A DNA stretch of 64,000 bases from a virus (IMGVR_UViG_2513237141_000003:1-64000); one strand, 5' to 3'; shown: positions 1 to 8,615, numbered from the stretch's first letter. The notes: a model not told the origin generated them from the sequence alone. Translations and numbers: made by a program.

Positions 1-1173
1 CTAAACCGCTGCTTGCGTGCCTGTTTTTGTGCCTGCTTCGGAGCGGCCAAACATCACCCGATGCTTCTCCTCCGCGGTCAAAAACGCCAGATACATCTCG
101 GTCGTCTTGACGCTCGTGTGCCCGAGGCGTTGCTGTAAAACGTAGATAGAACGGCCACTTTTCAGCCAATTGACCGCATGCAGGTGCCGCAGATCGTGGA
201 AGCGGAAGGGGTGAAAGTCCTGTGCCTGTTTTTGTGCCTGCTTGGCCACGATCGCGACGATCCGGCGGAAGTTGCTCGAGACCTGGCTGTAAGGGCGCGC
301 GGCGGGCGCGCCTTCCTCTCGTAGACCCTTTGGCGGGCGGTACCAGAACAGGGCCTTGGTATCGAGGCTCGCCGGCAAGCTGGAGAATAGCCGGAAGCCA
401 AAATCCTCCTCACCATCGACCAGATCGACGACGCGCATCTTGTTCCGCTTGCCGACCACGGTGAGCTGCTTGCGCTCATTGTCGAAGTGGCGTCTGGCGC
501 CCTTGGCGAGCTCGTCAAGTCTAGCTCCGGTCATGACCGCCGCGCGGATCATATCGGCGAAAAGGCCTGGCGCCTTGGCGATCACCATCTCGACATGCCC
601 AGCCTCCGGCAGCACGATCGGGTCGCGCCGCTCCTGCAGGCGAGACTTCTTGCGGTGACCCGGCTTGAGCCAGTCCATCGCCGGGTTGGTCGAGATCCAT
701 TCCTCATCGACGCAGAAGTCGAAGACGGAGGAGAGCGCGGTGAGGTCGCGCTTGATGGTCGCTGGCTTGACCGTGATGGGGTGCTTCTTGCCCTTGGGGA
801 CGTAGGGCGTGTTCTGACGGCTCTCGACGATGGAGCCGATCAGTTTCTTGTCGATCTCGTCGAGATAGAGCCCCTCCAAATGTGGCTGCAGCACCGCCAG
901 CGAAGACAGGTATCGATTGAAGGTCTTGGGCCCGATCTTGTTGACGATGAACCGTCCCCATGCCTCCGTGGCCTCGCTGAGGGTCCTGCGGTGGTCCCCG
1001 TAGTACTGGGCGGCGACTACCCTATCCCTTTCGACTTCCCGACGTTTTGTCGCAGTTTTTGGATCGTCTGTGCGAAGTGACCATCGGTAGTCGCGGCCCC
1101 CGGCCTGAATCCGGCCCCAGAGGACGCCATCCCGCCAGTAACAACCCTTTGGGGCCTTCGGCTGTTTAGACAC
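1..1173 (-). CDS. int: tyrosine recombinase (phage integrase)
   Basis: 390 aa; C-terminal R..HxxR..Y catalytic motifs (HDLRH, LGHTSVKTTEMY); N-terminal arm-type domain. Confidence 0.9.
   Translation of the reverse strand: MSKQPKAPKGCYWRDGVLWGRIQAGGRDYRWSLRTDDPKTATKRREVERDRVVAAQYYGDHRRTLSEATEAWGRFIVNKIGPKTFNRYLSSLAVLQPHLEGLYLDEIDKKLIGSIVESRQNTPYVPKGKKHPITVKPATIKRDLTALSSVFDFCVDEEWISTNPAMDWLKPGHRKKSRLQERRDPIVLPEAGHVEMVIAKAPGLFADMIRAAVMTGARLDELAKGARRHFDNERKQLTVVGKRNKMRVVDLVDGEEDFGFRLFSSLPASLDTKALFWYRPPKGLREEGAPAARPYSQVSSNFRRIVAIVAKQAQKQAQDFHPFRFHDLRHLHAVNWLKSGRSIYVLQQRLGHTSVKTTEMYLAFLTAEEKHRVMFGRSEAGTKTGTQAAV
17..38. repeat. 22-bp direct repeat inside the int 3' end (copy 1)
   Basis: gtgcctgtttttgtgcctgctt; second copy at 222-243. 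Confidence 0.7.
222..243. repeat. 22-bp direct repeat inside int (copy 2)
   Basis: identical 22-mer, translated in a different frame (AKQAQKQAQ vs AGTKTGT). Confidence 0.7.
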
Positions 1174-1361
1174 GTCTCACGCTCCTTCTCGGAAACAAAG
1201 GCGTCCAGCATAGCCACGTCAAAGGTCCAGGTGTCGCCAAACTTCGCGGCACCGGGAATCTTGCCAGCAGCGGCCATATTGCGGATGGAGCGGGGCTCCA
1301 GACCTAAGCGTGCGACAGCGCCATCGATCTTGCAACGGTTTCGTGACCTGCGCTCGGTCAT
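1017..1361 (-). CDS. AlpA-like HTH excisionase/regulator; ORF overlaps int start by ~157 nt
   Basis: N-terminal ~60 aa match the AlpA/Xis HTH pattern (LGL..RSI....A.GKIP...K.G....F); the C-terminal half is probably out-of-frame read-through. Confidence 0.5.
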   Translation of the reverse strand: MTERRSRNRCKIDGAVARLGLEPRSIRNMAAAGKIPGAAKFGDTWTFDVAMLDAFVSEKERETCLNSRRPQRVVTGGMASSGAGFRPGAATTDGHFAQTIQKLRQNVGKSKGIG

Positions 1362-1364
1362 AGT

Positions 1365-2306
1365 CTATAGGGCCCCGGCCGGGCCCAGCGCCGCCTTCAG
1401 GCACTCCAGCACGGGCGCACTGGTCGAGTTGCGCTCGATGGCCTCGATGGCGCCGGTGACGGCATCGCGGAGGCGGGCGTTCTCGGCCTCCAGCTTCGCT
1501 GACTTCTCAGCCGGCGTCATCGCCCCATCCCCGCGTTTCTGGACGTAGAACAGGTAGGACTCGAATGGCTCCGTCTTGGCGTTGATGGTGATCTCGACGA
1601 AGTTCTTGGCGTCGCTATCGCGGAACCATTCGGTCATGATCGTGGCGAGCCGTTCGACGACATTGCCGGCCAAGGACATGTCGAGCTTGCCGTTCTCGAG
1701 CCGCATGCTCTTGAGGGTGGGGTCGGTGAGGTCGTTGATCTGCTTTTGCAGTACCGCAATCAAATCGTCTTTGGCGTCTGGCGCCTGCACGCGGTTGTTG
1801 GCGGCGTACCGAAGCGCCCACACGATGGTCTGATCATCGAACTCGCAGACGAACCACTCGGGGTCATCCTCGATCAGCTGCGCAAGCCCGAGCAGCTCCT
1901 CGCGCTCGGCTTGGCAGATCTCATCAATGGGTTTCTCCGGCAACGGCGAGTGCTTCGGCTTCGCCGCCTGCTTTGCACGGATCTTGTCGATGTTGCTCCA
2001 GACGCGGGCGAGCTCGGTCTCGCTGGCTTGTTCGATGCTGATGTTGTTGCAGTTGGCGAGCGCCGCCAGCGTCACCATGGTGCCGCCAAGCTCCTGGTTG
2101 ATCTCACCTTGCGGGCGTCCGTACACGTAGTCGACCAGCTGATGCGCCTCGCTCACGGTGCAGCCGAGCGACTGCACAAGCTCAAGCGCCTCCTCCAGGA
2201 AACGATGGTTGCGCTCGGTGACGTCGCGGGCGATATCCTCTCCGAAGCACGCCAGCATCCAGTCATAGACGCGCTCTTGGAAGGAGCGCACATAAATCTG
2301 ATTCAT
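1365..2306 (-). CDS. hypothetical protein, N-terminal MazG-like NTP pyrophosphohydrolase-like segment
   Basis: ORF starts at MNQIYVR; EExLELVQS...E.NQELGG resembles the MazG helix motif. Confidence 0.45.
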   Translation of the reverse strand: MNQIYVRSFQERVYDWMLACFGEDIARDVTERNHRFLEEALELVQSLGCTVSEAHQLVDYVYGRPQGEINQELGGTMVTLAALANCNNISIEQASETELARVWSNIDKIRAKQAAKPKHSPLPEKPIDEICQAEREELLGLAQLIEDDPEWFVCEFDDQTIVWALRYAANNRVQAPDAKDDLIAVLQKQINDLTDPTLKSMRLENGKLDMSLAGNVVERLATIMTEWFRDSDAKNFVEITINAKTEPFESYLFYVQKRGDGAMTPAEKSAKLEAENARLRDAVTGAIEAIERNSTSAPVLECLKAALGPAGAL

Positions 2307-2319
2307 GACGGCCCCCCCC

Positions 2320-3264
2320 TCACGCTGCGGTCGGCGCATGGACTTCGGGCAGACCGTGGCCGATGCTCGGCCGCGCGTGCTCGGGATGGTCCTTGAACCA
2401 CTCTTGGACCCTCCACAATTGGCCACATCCACCTCCTATGGTGTCCTGGCCGGCGGGATCGAACACACGGACATCGAAGCCGCGCGCGAGTAGGCGGTTG
2501 GCAAACGAGGTCGCCAGATCGCGCTGGTGCTGGTTGGTGGCTGGGATGCCCTCCGAGCGCTCGCACACGACGGAGACCGTGGCGCAGAAGATGGCAGGGT
2601 CGAACCACCCGAGGATGCGGTTGGCATCGGCGTCTGTCTCGTTGCCGTCGTGGGCGCAGTAGTTGAAGAACGGCTTGCGACCGGTGGCTACGTGCCAGTC
2701 CACACCGAACTCCATGATCTCGCGCAAAGTCATCTTCTGCTTGAACGGGATCAGCGCGTCACGTGCCTCGTCCGTGCTCTCGTGAACAGAGAACTGCAGG
2801 CCGATGGTCGGGATCTCGCGGCTGATGTCGAGGACCTCATTGAGGCCATGCCGGGTGAGTTTCGGCGCCGATGTCGAGATGAGCAACGCCGCCTTCGGAT
2901 AGCTGTAGTAGAGGTCCCGCAGTGCCGGCACGAGCGCTTTCAGATTGAGCAGCGGCTCGCCCATCGACATGAACATGATCTGCAGCCGACCGATCTCCTG
3001 CGGATCGGCGCCGACCAGGGAGAGTAGGTGGGCAGGCTGGGAGACGATCTCGCCGGCCGTGAGCGAGCGGGCGAAGTGATCGCCCGCGCCGCAGAACCTG
3101 CACCCAACGGGGCAACCCGACTGCGTGGAGCAACAGATCACGGTGCGGGTCTTGTAGTCTGGGTATTTGTAGAGCACGGCCTCAGCGACCGCGGTGTCCT
3201 TGGTGAACACGAATTTTGCGACGTTCTGGGCGGAATCGTCGATGCGACGGATATCGTTCCACAT
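2320..3264 (-). CDS. RlmN/Cfr-family radical SAM RNA methyltransferase-like protein
   Basis: CxxxCxxC (CPVGCRFCGAG), GMGEPLLN motif, C-terminal GGGCGQLW as in RlmN Cys355 region; hairpin-SD cassette upstream. Confidence 0.8.
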   Translation of the reverse strand: MWNDIRRIDDSAQNVAKFVFTKDTAVAEAVLYKYPDYKTRTVICCSTQSGCPVGCRFCGAGDHFARSLTAGEIVSQPAHLLSLVGADPQEIGRLQIMFMSMGEPLLNLKALVPALRDLYYSYPKAALLISTSAPKLTRHGLNEVLDISREIPTIGLQFSVHESTDEARDALIPFKQKMTLREIMEFGVDWHVATGRKPFFNYCAHDGNETDADANRILGWFDPAIFCATVSVVCERSEGIPATNQHQRDLATSFANRLLARGFDVRVFDPAGQDTIGGGCGQLWRVQEWFKDHPEHARPSIGHGLPEVHAPTAA

Positions 3265-3269
3265 TATTG

Positions 3270-3304
3270 GGTCTCCTTGTTGGCACCTCCTGCGAAGAGG
3301 CGCT
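3270..3304 (-). promoter_or_regulatory. 5'-UTR hairpin (UUCGCAG loop) + CAAGGAGACC SD cassette
   Basis: ggtctccttg + cctcCTGCGAAgagg; upstream of the RlmN-like gene. Confidence 0.6.
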
Positions 3305-3311
3305 GATGGAA

Positions 3312-3413
3312 TTAGTGCCAGATCAGAATAGCCGCAACGATCGCCACGCCGGTCACGATCAAGTAGCGGATCAGAATCTGCATGTTGCGATGGTTGATCT
3401 CTTGATAGTTCAT
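3312..3413 (-). CDS. 33-aa hydrophobic micro-peptide (MNYQEINHRNMQILIRYLIVTGVAIVAAILIWH)
   Basis: ATG 8 nt after the conserved SD 10-mer; own hairpin cassette; one TM helix; not in ORF track (<60 aa). Confidence 0.35.
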   Translation of the reverse strand: MNYQEINHRNMQILIRYLIVTGVAIVAAILIWH

Positions 3414-3418
3414 GGACG

Positions 3419-3455
3419 GGTCTCCTTGTGGGAAGACCCCGCTGCGAACGGGGTC
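3419..3455 (-). promoter_or_regulatory. hairpin-SD cassette
   Basis: ggtctccttg + gaccccgCTGCGAAcggggtc; micro-peptide gene. Confidence 0.6.
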
Positions 3456-3464
3456 GGGGATTGT

Positions 3465-4661
3465 TTACTTGCTAGGCGCCACTGCTTTGCTCAGCCAGTC
3501 GCTGATGCTGGATGGCAGCCACCACAGCGAGACGCTAGAGGGCAGGGCGCCATTCCACTTGTTGGCGATGGTGCGAGTACCCTCGGCGGTCGCAAGTGCT
3601 TGCAGCGTCGCGGTATAGGGCGCCATGGTCTTGGCCACCTCGATATCCTGGGAGGCGACATAGCGACGGTTGACGGCGTCCTGCACGTCCTTGTTGAACT
3701 CGAACGTGTCGGCCCAACCGATGAAGTCGAGCGTGATGCCGACCGACGCCATGTATTCGGTCACCGCTTTCTTGATGTCCTCCATGATCTTAGCCGCTTG
3801 CTTGTTGTTATCGTCAAGCGAGCGCGCGGAGACCTGATCACACACAAGCGCCTGCACGCGGGACCGCACCGGGCCGTCCATTACTTCGGACAGCGACTTG
3901 CCCCGGTAAACAGACGTGAACACGATTTCCGGGTTATTGCGATCTCCGGCGGGCGGATTAACGCCAAACCGAAAGAGGAACTTCGGCGCGTTCTCCTCAT
4001 AGACCGAGGCGCCGATCGCCACACCCACCGTGACGTCAAGGCCTTCGGAAGACTGGCACGGGAAGGATTGATCGCCGGCGGTGGAGCCGCGGTGAGGCGA
4101 CTTGACCCATTCGCGCGAGACCGGCGTACGGTCGACGACGATCAGGCGTCCCGCAGGAACATAGTAGTTCGACCATGCGCCCGAATTGGGCAGCTTGGTG
4201 TGCGGGATCTCGAAGCGCTTGGCAGCGATCTTGTGCTCGTTGAGATACTGTTCGGAGCCGAACGATGCCTGCGACGACTTGTTGTCGCCGACATCGGGTA
4301 TGAAGAACGCCGATTCGTTCGGGAGGATGAAGTAGTTCTCCGTATAGTCGGACTGGCTGTAATAGGCGGACGCGGGCTGCGGGACGCCCGCCAGCAAGAG
4401 CACGATCAGACTGGCGAACAGCGCGCGCAGCGGCTTCAGCCAGATCAGGAACAGCCCTGCCACGACGGCGATGCCGATCAGAAACATTGCGCCGTTGTAG
4501 GCGCGGAAGGCGCCTTGGGTCGCCAGATATGACAGGTCACTGGCCTCGAACTGTTTACCGGCGATCTGTCCGAGCGCGAGCGTCGCCGGAGTATTGAATA
4601 AGAATGATGCAAGCGCCGCGCCAGCCAAGAGGGCGAGCGTCAGGAAGATGCGGAACTTCAT
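3465..4661 (-). CDS. SPFH/band-7-like membrane protein
   Basis: 398 aa; two N-terminal TM helices; SPFH-like core; cassette upstream. Confidence 0.5.
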   Translation of the reverse strand: MKFRIFLTLALLAGAALASFLFNTPATLALGQIAGKQFEASDLSYLATQGAFRAYNGAMFLIGIAVVAGLFLIWLKPLRALFASLIVLLLAGVPQPASAYYSQSDYTENYFILPNESAFFIPDVGDNKSSQASFGSEQYLNEHKIAAKRFEIPHTKLPNSGAWSNYYVPAGRLIVVDRTPVSREWVKSPHRGSTAGDQSFPCQSSEGLDVTVGVAIGASVYEENAPKFLFRFGVNPPAGDRNNPEIVFTSVYRGKSLSEVMDGPVRSRVQALVCDQVSARSLDDNNKQAAKIMEDIKKAVTEYMASVGITLDFIGWADTFEFNKDVQDAVNRRYVASQDIEVAKTMAPYTATLQALATAEGTRTIANKWNGALPSSVSLWWLPSSISDWLSKAVAPSK

Positions 4662-4668
4662 GGGATGA

Positions 4669-4704
4669 GGTCTCCTTGTGGATAATGCCGCTGCGAACGG
4701 CGGT
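4669..4704 (-). promoter_or_regulatory. hairpin-SD cassette
   Basis: gccgCTGCGAAcggc; SPFH gene. Confidence 0.6.
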
Positions 4705-4880
4705 TAAGAAGCTTGTTGACGACCCTCGCGGCGGGCCTGCCAGATGATGGCTGCAATGATGCCAACGTTGAGAGCGTGCATGCTGAGGCTGGGCCATGAC
4801 GGGAACGCCGAGAAAGCCGTCATGACAACCGATCCGATCCCGAGCCAGGTCGAAGGCCTTGTATGGATATCAAAGTTCAT
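4704..4880 (-). CDS. 58-aa membrane protein
   Basis: MNFDIHTRPSTWLGIGSVVMTAF...; hydrophobic; intergenic position between SPFH and SBP genes. Confidence 0.35.
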   Translation of the reverse strand: MNFDIHTRPSTWLGIGSVVMTAFSAFPSWPSLSMHALNVGIIAAIIWQARREGRQQAS

Positions 4881-4982
4881 GGTCGCCCCTTGAATTTGTT
4901 GGGAGGCTTGCGGCGCCTCCCGTGCCGTTTACGCGACGGAACGCAGGTTGGTCGCCTCGCGCGAGAGGTGACGCATGGGGGA

Positions 4983-5864
4983 TTACTGAGGCTGAGCGAG
5001 CTTAGCGATCTCAGGCCTTGCCGCCTGGAAGGACCGAAGCAGGCCGTCGTAGGCGCTGTCGTTGGCATTGATCCAGTTGGTGTTGGCGACAAAGATCGCG
5101 TCCACCTGGATCGTGCCGATGGCCTTGGTGCCGTAGACGGTCCCCGAGGGCTGGATTCGCGGGTAGGTGCCAGCCGGGATCTCTCCATAGCTGTAGACGT
5201 ACTGGCCACGCGCATCCTTGGCGACCGTAGTCATGTCGCGGTCGTCGGTCCCGACCAGCACGACGTTGTCGCCGGCATTCGAGGCGTCGTTCTTCATGAA
5301 CGAGCTGTTGAGTGCCGCGATCACGAGGGCGCACTGGACCTGCGTCCCATCTGCAACGGCCTGTACGGCGCGGATGCCGGAACGGATGTCCGTGTTGATC
5401 TGGCCATAACGCTTCTTGTCGGCCAGGACGAACGCGTCCCATGTGGTGTGCGCGCCGGAGCCCTCGGGGCCGATCGCGACCGTCATGTCCTTGGTCAGGT
5501 TGACCATGCGGCCGAGATCAAGCTTGCGGTTGCAGATCATGTGCGCCTGCTCCTTGTAGAGCACTCCGGCGCGCTCGATCGCCGCGATCGCCTTGGCGTT
5601 GCGGTTCGAATAGACGAGCAGGGCGTCCGACTGCACAAAGGCTCCGTCACAGTCGCCGTTCGTCACCTTGTCGAGGTTGTCCAGCGAGCCCTTGGTCTCG
5701 ATCACATCGACCTGAACGCTGGTCGATTTTGACTTCAACATGTAGCCAGCCTTGTAATAGTTCAGCTGGCTGTTGCCGGTGCAGAGCTTGAAGCTGGCCG
5801 CTTCGGCAGAGCTTGCCGTTGCGATCAGCGCGAGCGCTGCGAGGATCAGGTAAGGCGTCTTCAT
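4983..5864 (-). CDS. secreted periplasmic substrate-binding-like protein (TAXI/PhnD-like fold suspected)
   Basis: 293 aa; signal peptide (ALALIATASSAEA); cassette upstream. Confidence 0.5.
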   Translation of the reverse strand: MKTPYLILAALALIATASSAEAASFKLCTGNSQLNYYKAGYMLKSKSTSVQVDVIETKGSLDNLDKVTNGDCDGAFVQSDALLVYSNRNAKAIAAIERAGVLYKEQAHMICNRKLDLGRMVNLTKDMTVAIGPEGSGAHTTWDAFVLADKKRYGQINTDIRSGIRAVQAVADGTQVQCALVIAALNSSFMKNDASNAGDNVVLVGTDDRDMTTVAKDARGQYVYSYGEIPAGTYPRIQPSGTVYGTKAIGTIQVDAIFVANTNWINANDSAYDGLLRSFQAARPEIAKLAQPQ

Positions 5865-5866
5865 GC

Positions 5867-5895
5867 GGTCTCCTTGTTGCCTCTCGCGAAGAGGG
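5867..5895 (-). promoter_or_regulatory. hairpin-SD cassette (loop TCGCGAA variant)
   Basis: SBP gene. Confidence 0.5.
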
Positions 5896-5909
5896 CGGTT
5901 GGTGGTGGT

Positions 5910-6152
5910 TTAAGAGCTGCTAGAGTTGTTCGCGCTGACGATCTTCGGGACGAACACATCCTTGAGGATGCTGACGACGACGAAGATCGCGACGCAGTCG
6001 AAGAAGCCGGGGTGGCGATAGACGTCCGGCAGCCAATAGGCGTAGGTCTCGCCGATGCCAAAGACCGTCCACAGCAGCCAGAACGGAACGGCAAGGCAGA
6101 AGGCGAAAAAGATGGCCAGCAGCCAGCCGACGAGCGGGATCTTGTTCAACAC
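5910..6152 (-). CDS. ~80-aa membrane protein
   Basis: GTG start after variant cassette; two predicted TM helices (WLLAIFFAFCLAVPFWLLWTVFGI; VAIFVVVSIL). Confidence 0.4.
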   Translation of the reverse strand: MLNKIPLVGWLLAIFFAFCLAVPFWLLWTVFGIGETYAYWLPDVYRHPGFFDCVAIFVVVSILKDVFVPKIVSANNSSSS

Positions 6153-6703
6153 GGCACGAGGTCTCCTTGTGATGCGTCGCGAGGCGCAGGCGACGGAGGT
6201 GGCGCGATCTGTTTCAAAAACTCTGGCCAGATCACCTGCCAGAACCCGACGCATTGCGGGCTAGGTCGGTTTCGGATGACTTCATCGAAATCGTGACGAT
6301 AGGCGTGGCAGATGGGGCGAGAGTCGTAGACGTCCTCAACAAACAATTCGACGCTCTGCCGATTTTCGATGCGCTCCACATCATCCCACGCGTCTCGCGC
6401 TTCGACCTTGTCGACCGCGCCGTCGCGTCGGCGCTCCTTTATGTAGTCCTTCATGCCCTTGATGGTGGCGTGGAAATCGAACTCCATGTAGTCGCGACGT
6501 CCGATGGTCTTGCCCATGAAGTAGCCGAACTCGATGTCGGACAAGAACTCCTTCAGCGTCGCCGTGCCGATGTGCGACCAGCAATACGCATAGGTGCCGA
6601 ACGAGGTGTAGGCCGAGAACACACCCGTCTCCTCGTCGAGATAGATGAAGGCCCATTCGAGCTTGTGCGGGCCTGCGCCGCGGACGATGTAGCGATCAAC
6701 CAT
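6146..6703 (-). CDS. hypothetical protein
   Basis: start MVDRYIV; TAATG stop/start overlap with the upstream HNH gene. Confidence 0.55.
   Translation of the reverse strand: MVDRYIVRGAGPHKLEWAFIYLDEETGVFSAYTSFGTYAYCWSHIGTATLKEFLSDIEFGYFMGKTIGRRDYMEFDFHATIKGMKDYIKERRRDGAVDKVEARDAWDDVERIENRQSVELFVEDVYDSRPICHAYRHDFDEVIRNRPSPQCVGFWQVIWPEFLKQIAPPPSPAPRDASQGDLVPC
6160..6188 (-). promoter_or_regulatory. SD 10-mer + variant hairpin
   Basis: cgtcgc-gaggcgcag-gcgacg. Confidence 0.4.
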
Positions 6704-7113
6704 TAGAAGCCTTTCCACTTTTCAACAGGCGTTGACGCTCGACGCTGACCCGGAGCCTTCTCAAACCCCTTGCTCTGGATCTTCTTGGTCTTGCGTTTGA
6801 GGCCGTAGCTCGCCTTGAGCACGTTGTCGGCCTTGGTCATGATCGCGTTGTCGACCTTATCCTTGGTCTTCTTGCAGTTGCGGCAGCGGACCTGGCAGTT
6901 CTCGGCCGTGGGATCGCCGCCAAGGCCGTCCGGGTCCATGTGCTCATAGAAGATGTTGCCGGGCCGCAGCTCGGTGCCGCAGCCCTCGCATTGAGGCACG
7001 CCGGGGATGTTCTCGACGCCTTTGACGCGACAGCCCAGGCAGCAGCGGCGGAACGCCGCCTTGCGGACGCTCTGCGGAAACTCGGTCCGCTCGTCGCCGC
7101 GGAGGCTGGTCAC
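6703..7113 (-). CDS. HNH endonuclease
   Basis: CxxC...CxxC zinc knuckles plus H-N-N motif (EHMDPDG...ENCQVRCRNCKK). Confidence 0.7.
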   Translation of the reverse strand: MTSLRGDERTEFPQSVRKAAFRRCCLGCRVKGVENIPGVPQCEGCGTELRPGNIFYEHMDPDGLGGDPTAENCQVRCRNCKKTKDKVDNAIMTKADNVLKASYGLKRKTKKIQSKGFEKAPGQRRASTPVEKWKGF

Positions 7114-7415
7114 TGCCGGACCTCCGCGACCTTGCAGCCACCCGCCACGAAGGCGATGAAGCCGCCCTGATAGCGATACATCCCCATGTCGCGCGCGCGT
7201 TTGAAGGCGGCGTACTTAGCTGCCGACGGCGTCGCCGCCTGCACCACGCAAGAGGTGCTCGCAGACTCGACCGTGTAGAGCCGAACCTGCAGCGAGAGCT
7301 GCTTCGATCGCTTGCGTGGGGCCTTTGGGCGAGGGGAGGGGGTGTCCGGCGTCTCGCTCACCGGAGCCGAGACCTCGGGCAGCTGCATGAGCTCCATCTG
7401 CTTGGCGTCAACCAT
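7110..7415 (-). CDS. hypothetical protein
   Basis: ORF; ATGGTTGA overlap coupling with the upstream gene. Confidence 0.5.
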   Translation of the reverse strand: MVDAKQMELMQLPEVSAPVSETPDTPSPRPKAPRKRSKQLSLQVRLYTVESASTSCVVQAATPSAAKYAAFKRARDMGMYRYQGGFIAFVAGGCKVAEVRQ

Positions 7416-7809
7416 TGTCGACTTCCTTGAAGACGACGCCGTTTTGCGTGCCCCAGGCCTCGATAAAGGCCAGAAGTTCATTCATGTCGGAGGTTTCCAT
7501 CCGCGACGAACGTCCCTCGTACGGCAGGAAGGTCGAGCCATCGAGTGATGGCATCATGTCAACCTCTTGCCCGCAAGCGTGCATGCAGAGAAGCTTCCAC
7601 TGCTCGGGCGCGTAGAAGCGCTCGTTGCCGTTCATGTCGATGTGCGGTTTCTGTTTGGCGATCTCGCCCAGCATGGCCCACATCTTGCGCCGTTGTTTCT
7701 CCGAGGCGAGGTCGACGCGCATCTCGACCAGCGTGCCTGGTGCCGCCCGGTCGATCATGGTGTGTACGAAGGCGCGGTCATCGTCGTTGGTGATGAGGAT
7801 GCCGGTCAT
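7408..7809 (-). CDS. ninB: NinB-family recombination mediator
   Basis: alignable with lambda NinB (..QRRKMWAMLGEIAKQ...W..EQWKLLCMHA....SRM...E..ELLAFIEAWGTQNGV). Confidence 0.75.
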   Translation of the reverse strand: MTGILITNDDDRAFVHTMIDRAAPGTLVEMRVDLASEKQRRKMWAMLGEIAKQKPHIDMNGNERFYAPEQWKLLCMHACGQEVDMMPSLDGSTFLPYEGRSSRMETSDMNELLAFIEAWGTQNGVVFKEVDNG

Positions 7810-7811
7810 GA

Positions 7812-8114
7812 CTACCCCTTCATCTCGGCGTAGGTCGCTGCGCGCCACAGGTGCACAGACATGCCTGACGGATTGCGGCCACGCCCATCGTTTACAATCA
7901 TGCCGGTCTTGCGCAGCTCAGAGACGCGCGGACGGATCGCCCAAGGACTCTCGCCAAGAGCCTCCGCGATCGTATCGGCGGATCGACCGGGGTGGGCGAC
8001 GATGTAGACGTAGACCCTGTCGCGCAGCGCGCTGGCGCGCAATGCGACCGCCTGCGCCGCCTCGCGAGAGGTCTCGCTCTCTTTGAAGCCAGGGCCGTTT
8101 GGATATCCGGTCAC
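7812..8114 (-). CDS. winged-helix DNA-binding protein
   Basis: 100 aa; MarR/wHTH-like segment. Confidence 0.5.
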   Translation of the reverse strand: MTGYPNGPGFKESETSREAAQAVALRASALRDRVYVYIVAHPGRSADTIAEALGESPWAIRPRVSELRKTGMIVNDGRGRNPSGMSVHLWRAATYAEMKG

Positions 8115-8320
8115 AGCGACACCTCAGTTTCGTCGATCATTTGCAGCATGCCGTCCACGTTCTGGAGTAGGCCGGCGGTCAGGATGTCCTTCGGGGCGAC
8201 CTGCAGGTCGCGCCGCGCAAATTGCAGGGCCACACGCAAGGCCCCCGACTGCGTCTGCGAGAGTTTCCTGCCGTTGATGGTGATATCGGCCTCAATGATC
8301 CCGCGCGGTAACCGAGCCAT
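8111..8320 (-). CDS. hypothetical protein
   Basis: ORF; overlapping stop/start. Confidence 0.45.
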   Translation of the reverse strand: MARLPRGIIEADITINGRKLSQTQSGALRVALQFARRDLQVAPKDILTAGLLQNVDGMLQMIDETEVSL

Positions 8321-8490
8321 CAGGCCGCCACCTTCTCTTTGAGCGCGCGCTCGATCACCTCAAGGCTGCGCTCGATGACGTCGAACGGATCGAACTCCTC
8401 GCCGTCGTCGCCGCCCTTGAGGTTGGCGCGGACAGTGAGGAGGGCGGCCTCAAGCTTCTCGATCCGCTCGTGCGCGTCCTGCCTTGGCAT
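8320..8490 (-). CDS. hypothetical protein (56 aa)
   Basis: start MPRQDAHE after GGAGGG; acidic coiled-coil-like. Confidence 0.4.
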   Translation of the reverse strand: MPRQDAHERIEKLEAALLTVRANLKGGDDGEEFDPFDVIERSLEVIERALKEKVAA

Positions 8491-8615
8491 CAGACCCTCC
8501 AGAGCCAGAAGAAGGCGTCGGCGTAGAGCTGCACCCACGCCTTGAGCCAGGCCTCGCCGCGGCGCTTGTCGCGCTCGGTTTCGAGAATGATGATCTTGGC
8601 GCTCTGCATGGTCAT
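8490..8615 (-). CDS. 41-aa ORF (MTMQSAKIIILETERDKRRGEAWLKAWVQLYADAFFWLWRV)
   Basis: ATGA overlap with the upstream Zn-ribbon gene; TGATG overlap with the downstream gene. Confidence 0.3.
   Translation of the reverse strand: MTMQSAKIIILETERDKRRGEAWLKAWVQLYADAFFWLWRV

Noticed and set aside
3216-4532. 438-aa plus-strand ORF antisense to the SPFH gene; similar long antisense ORFs at 9725-10738, 36369-37619, 41978-43039, 21129-21845
   Set aside because: GC-rich antisense artefacts; each overlaps a gene with domain-level support or a cassette-marked start.
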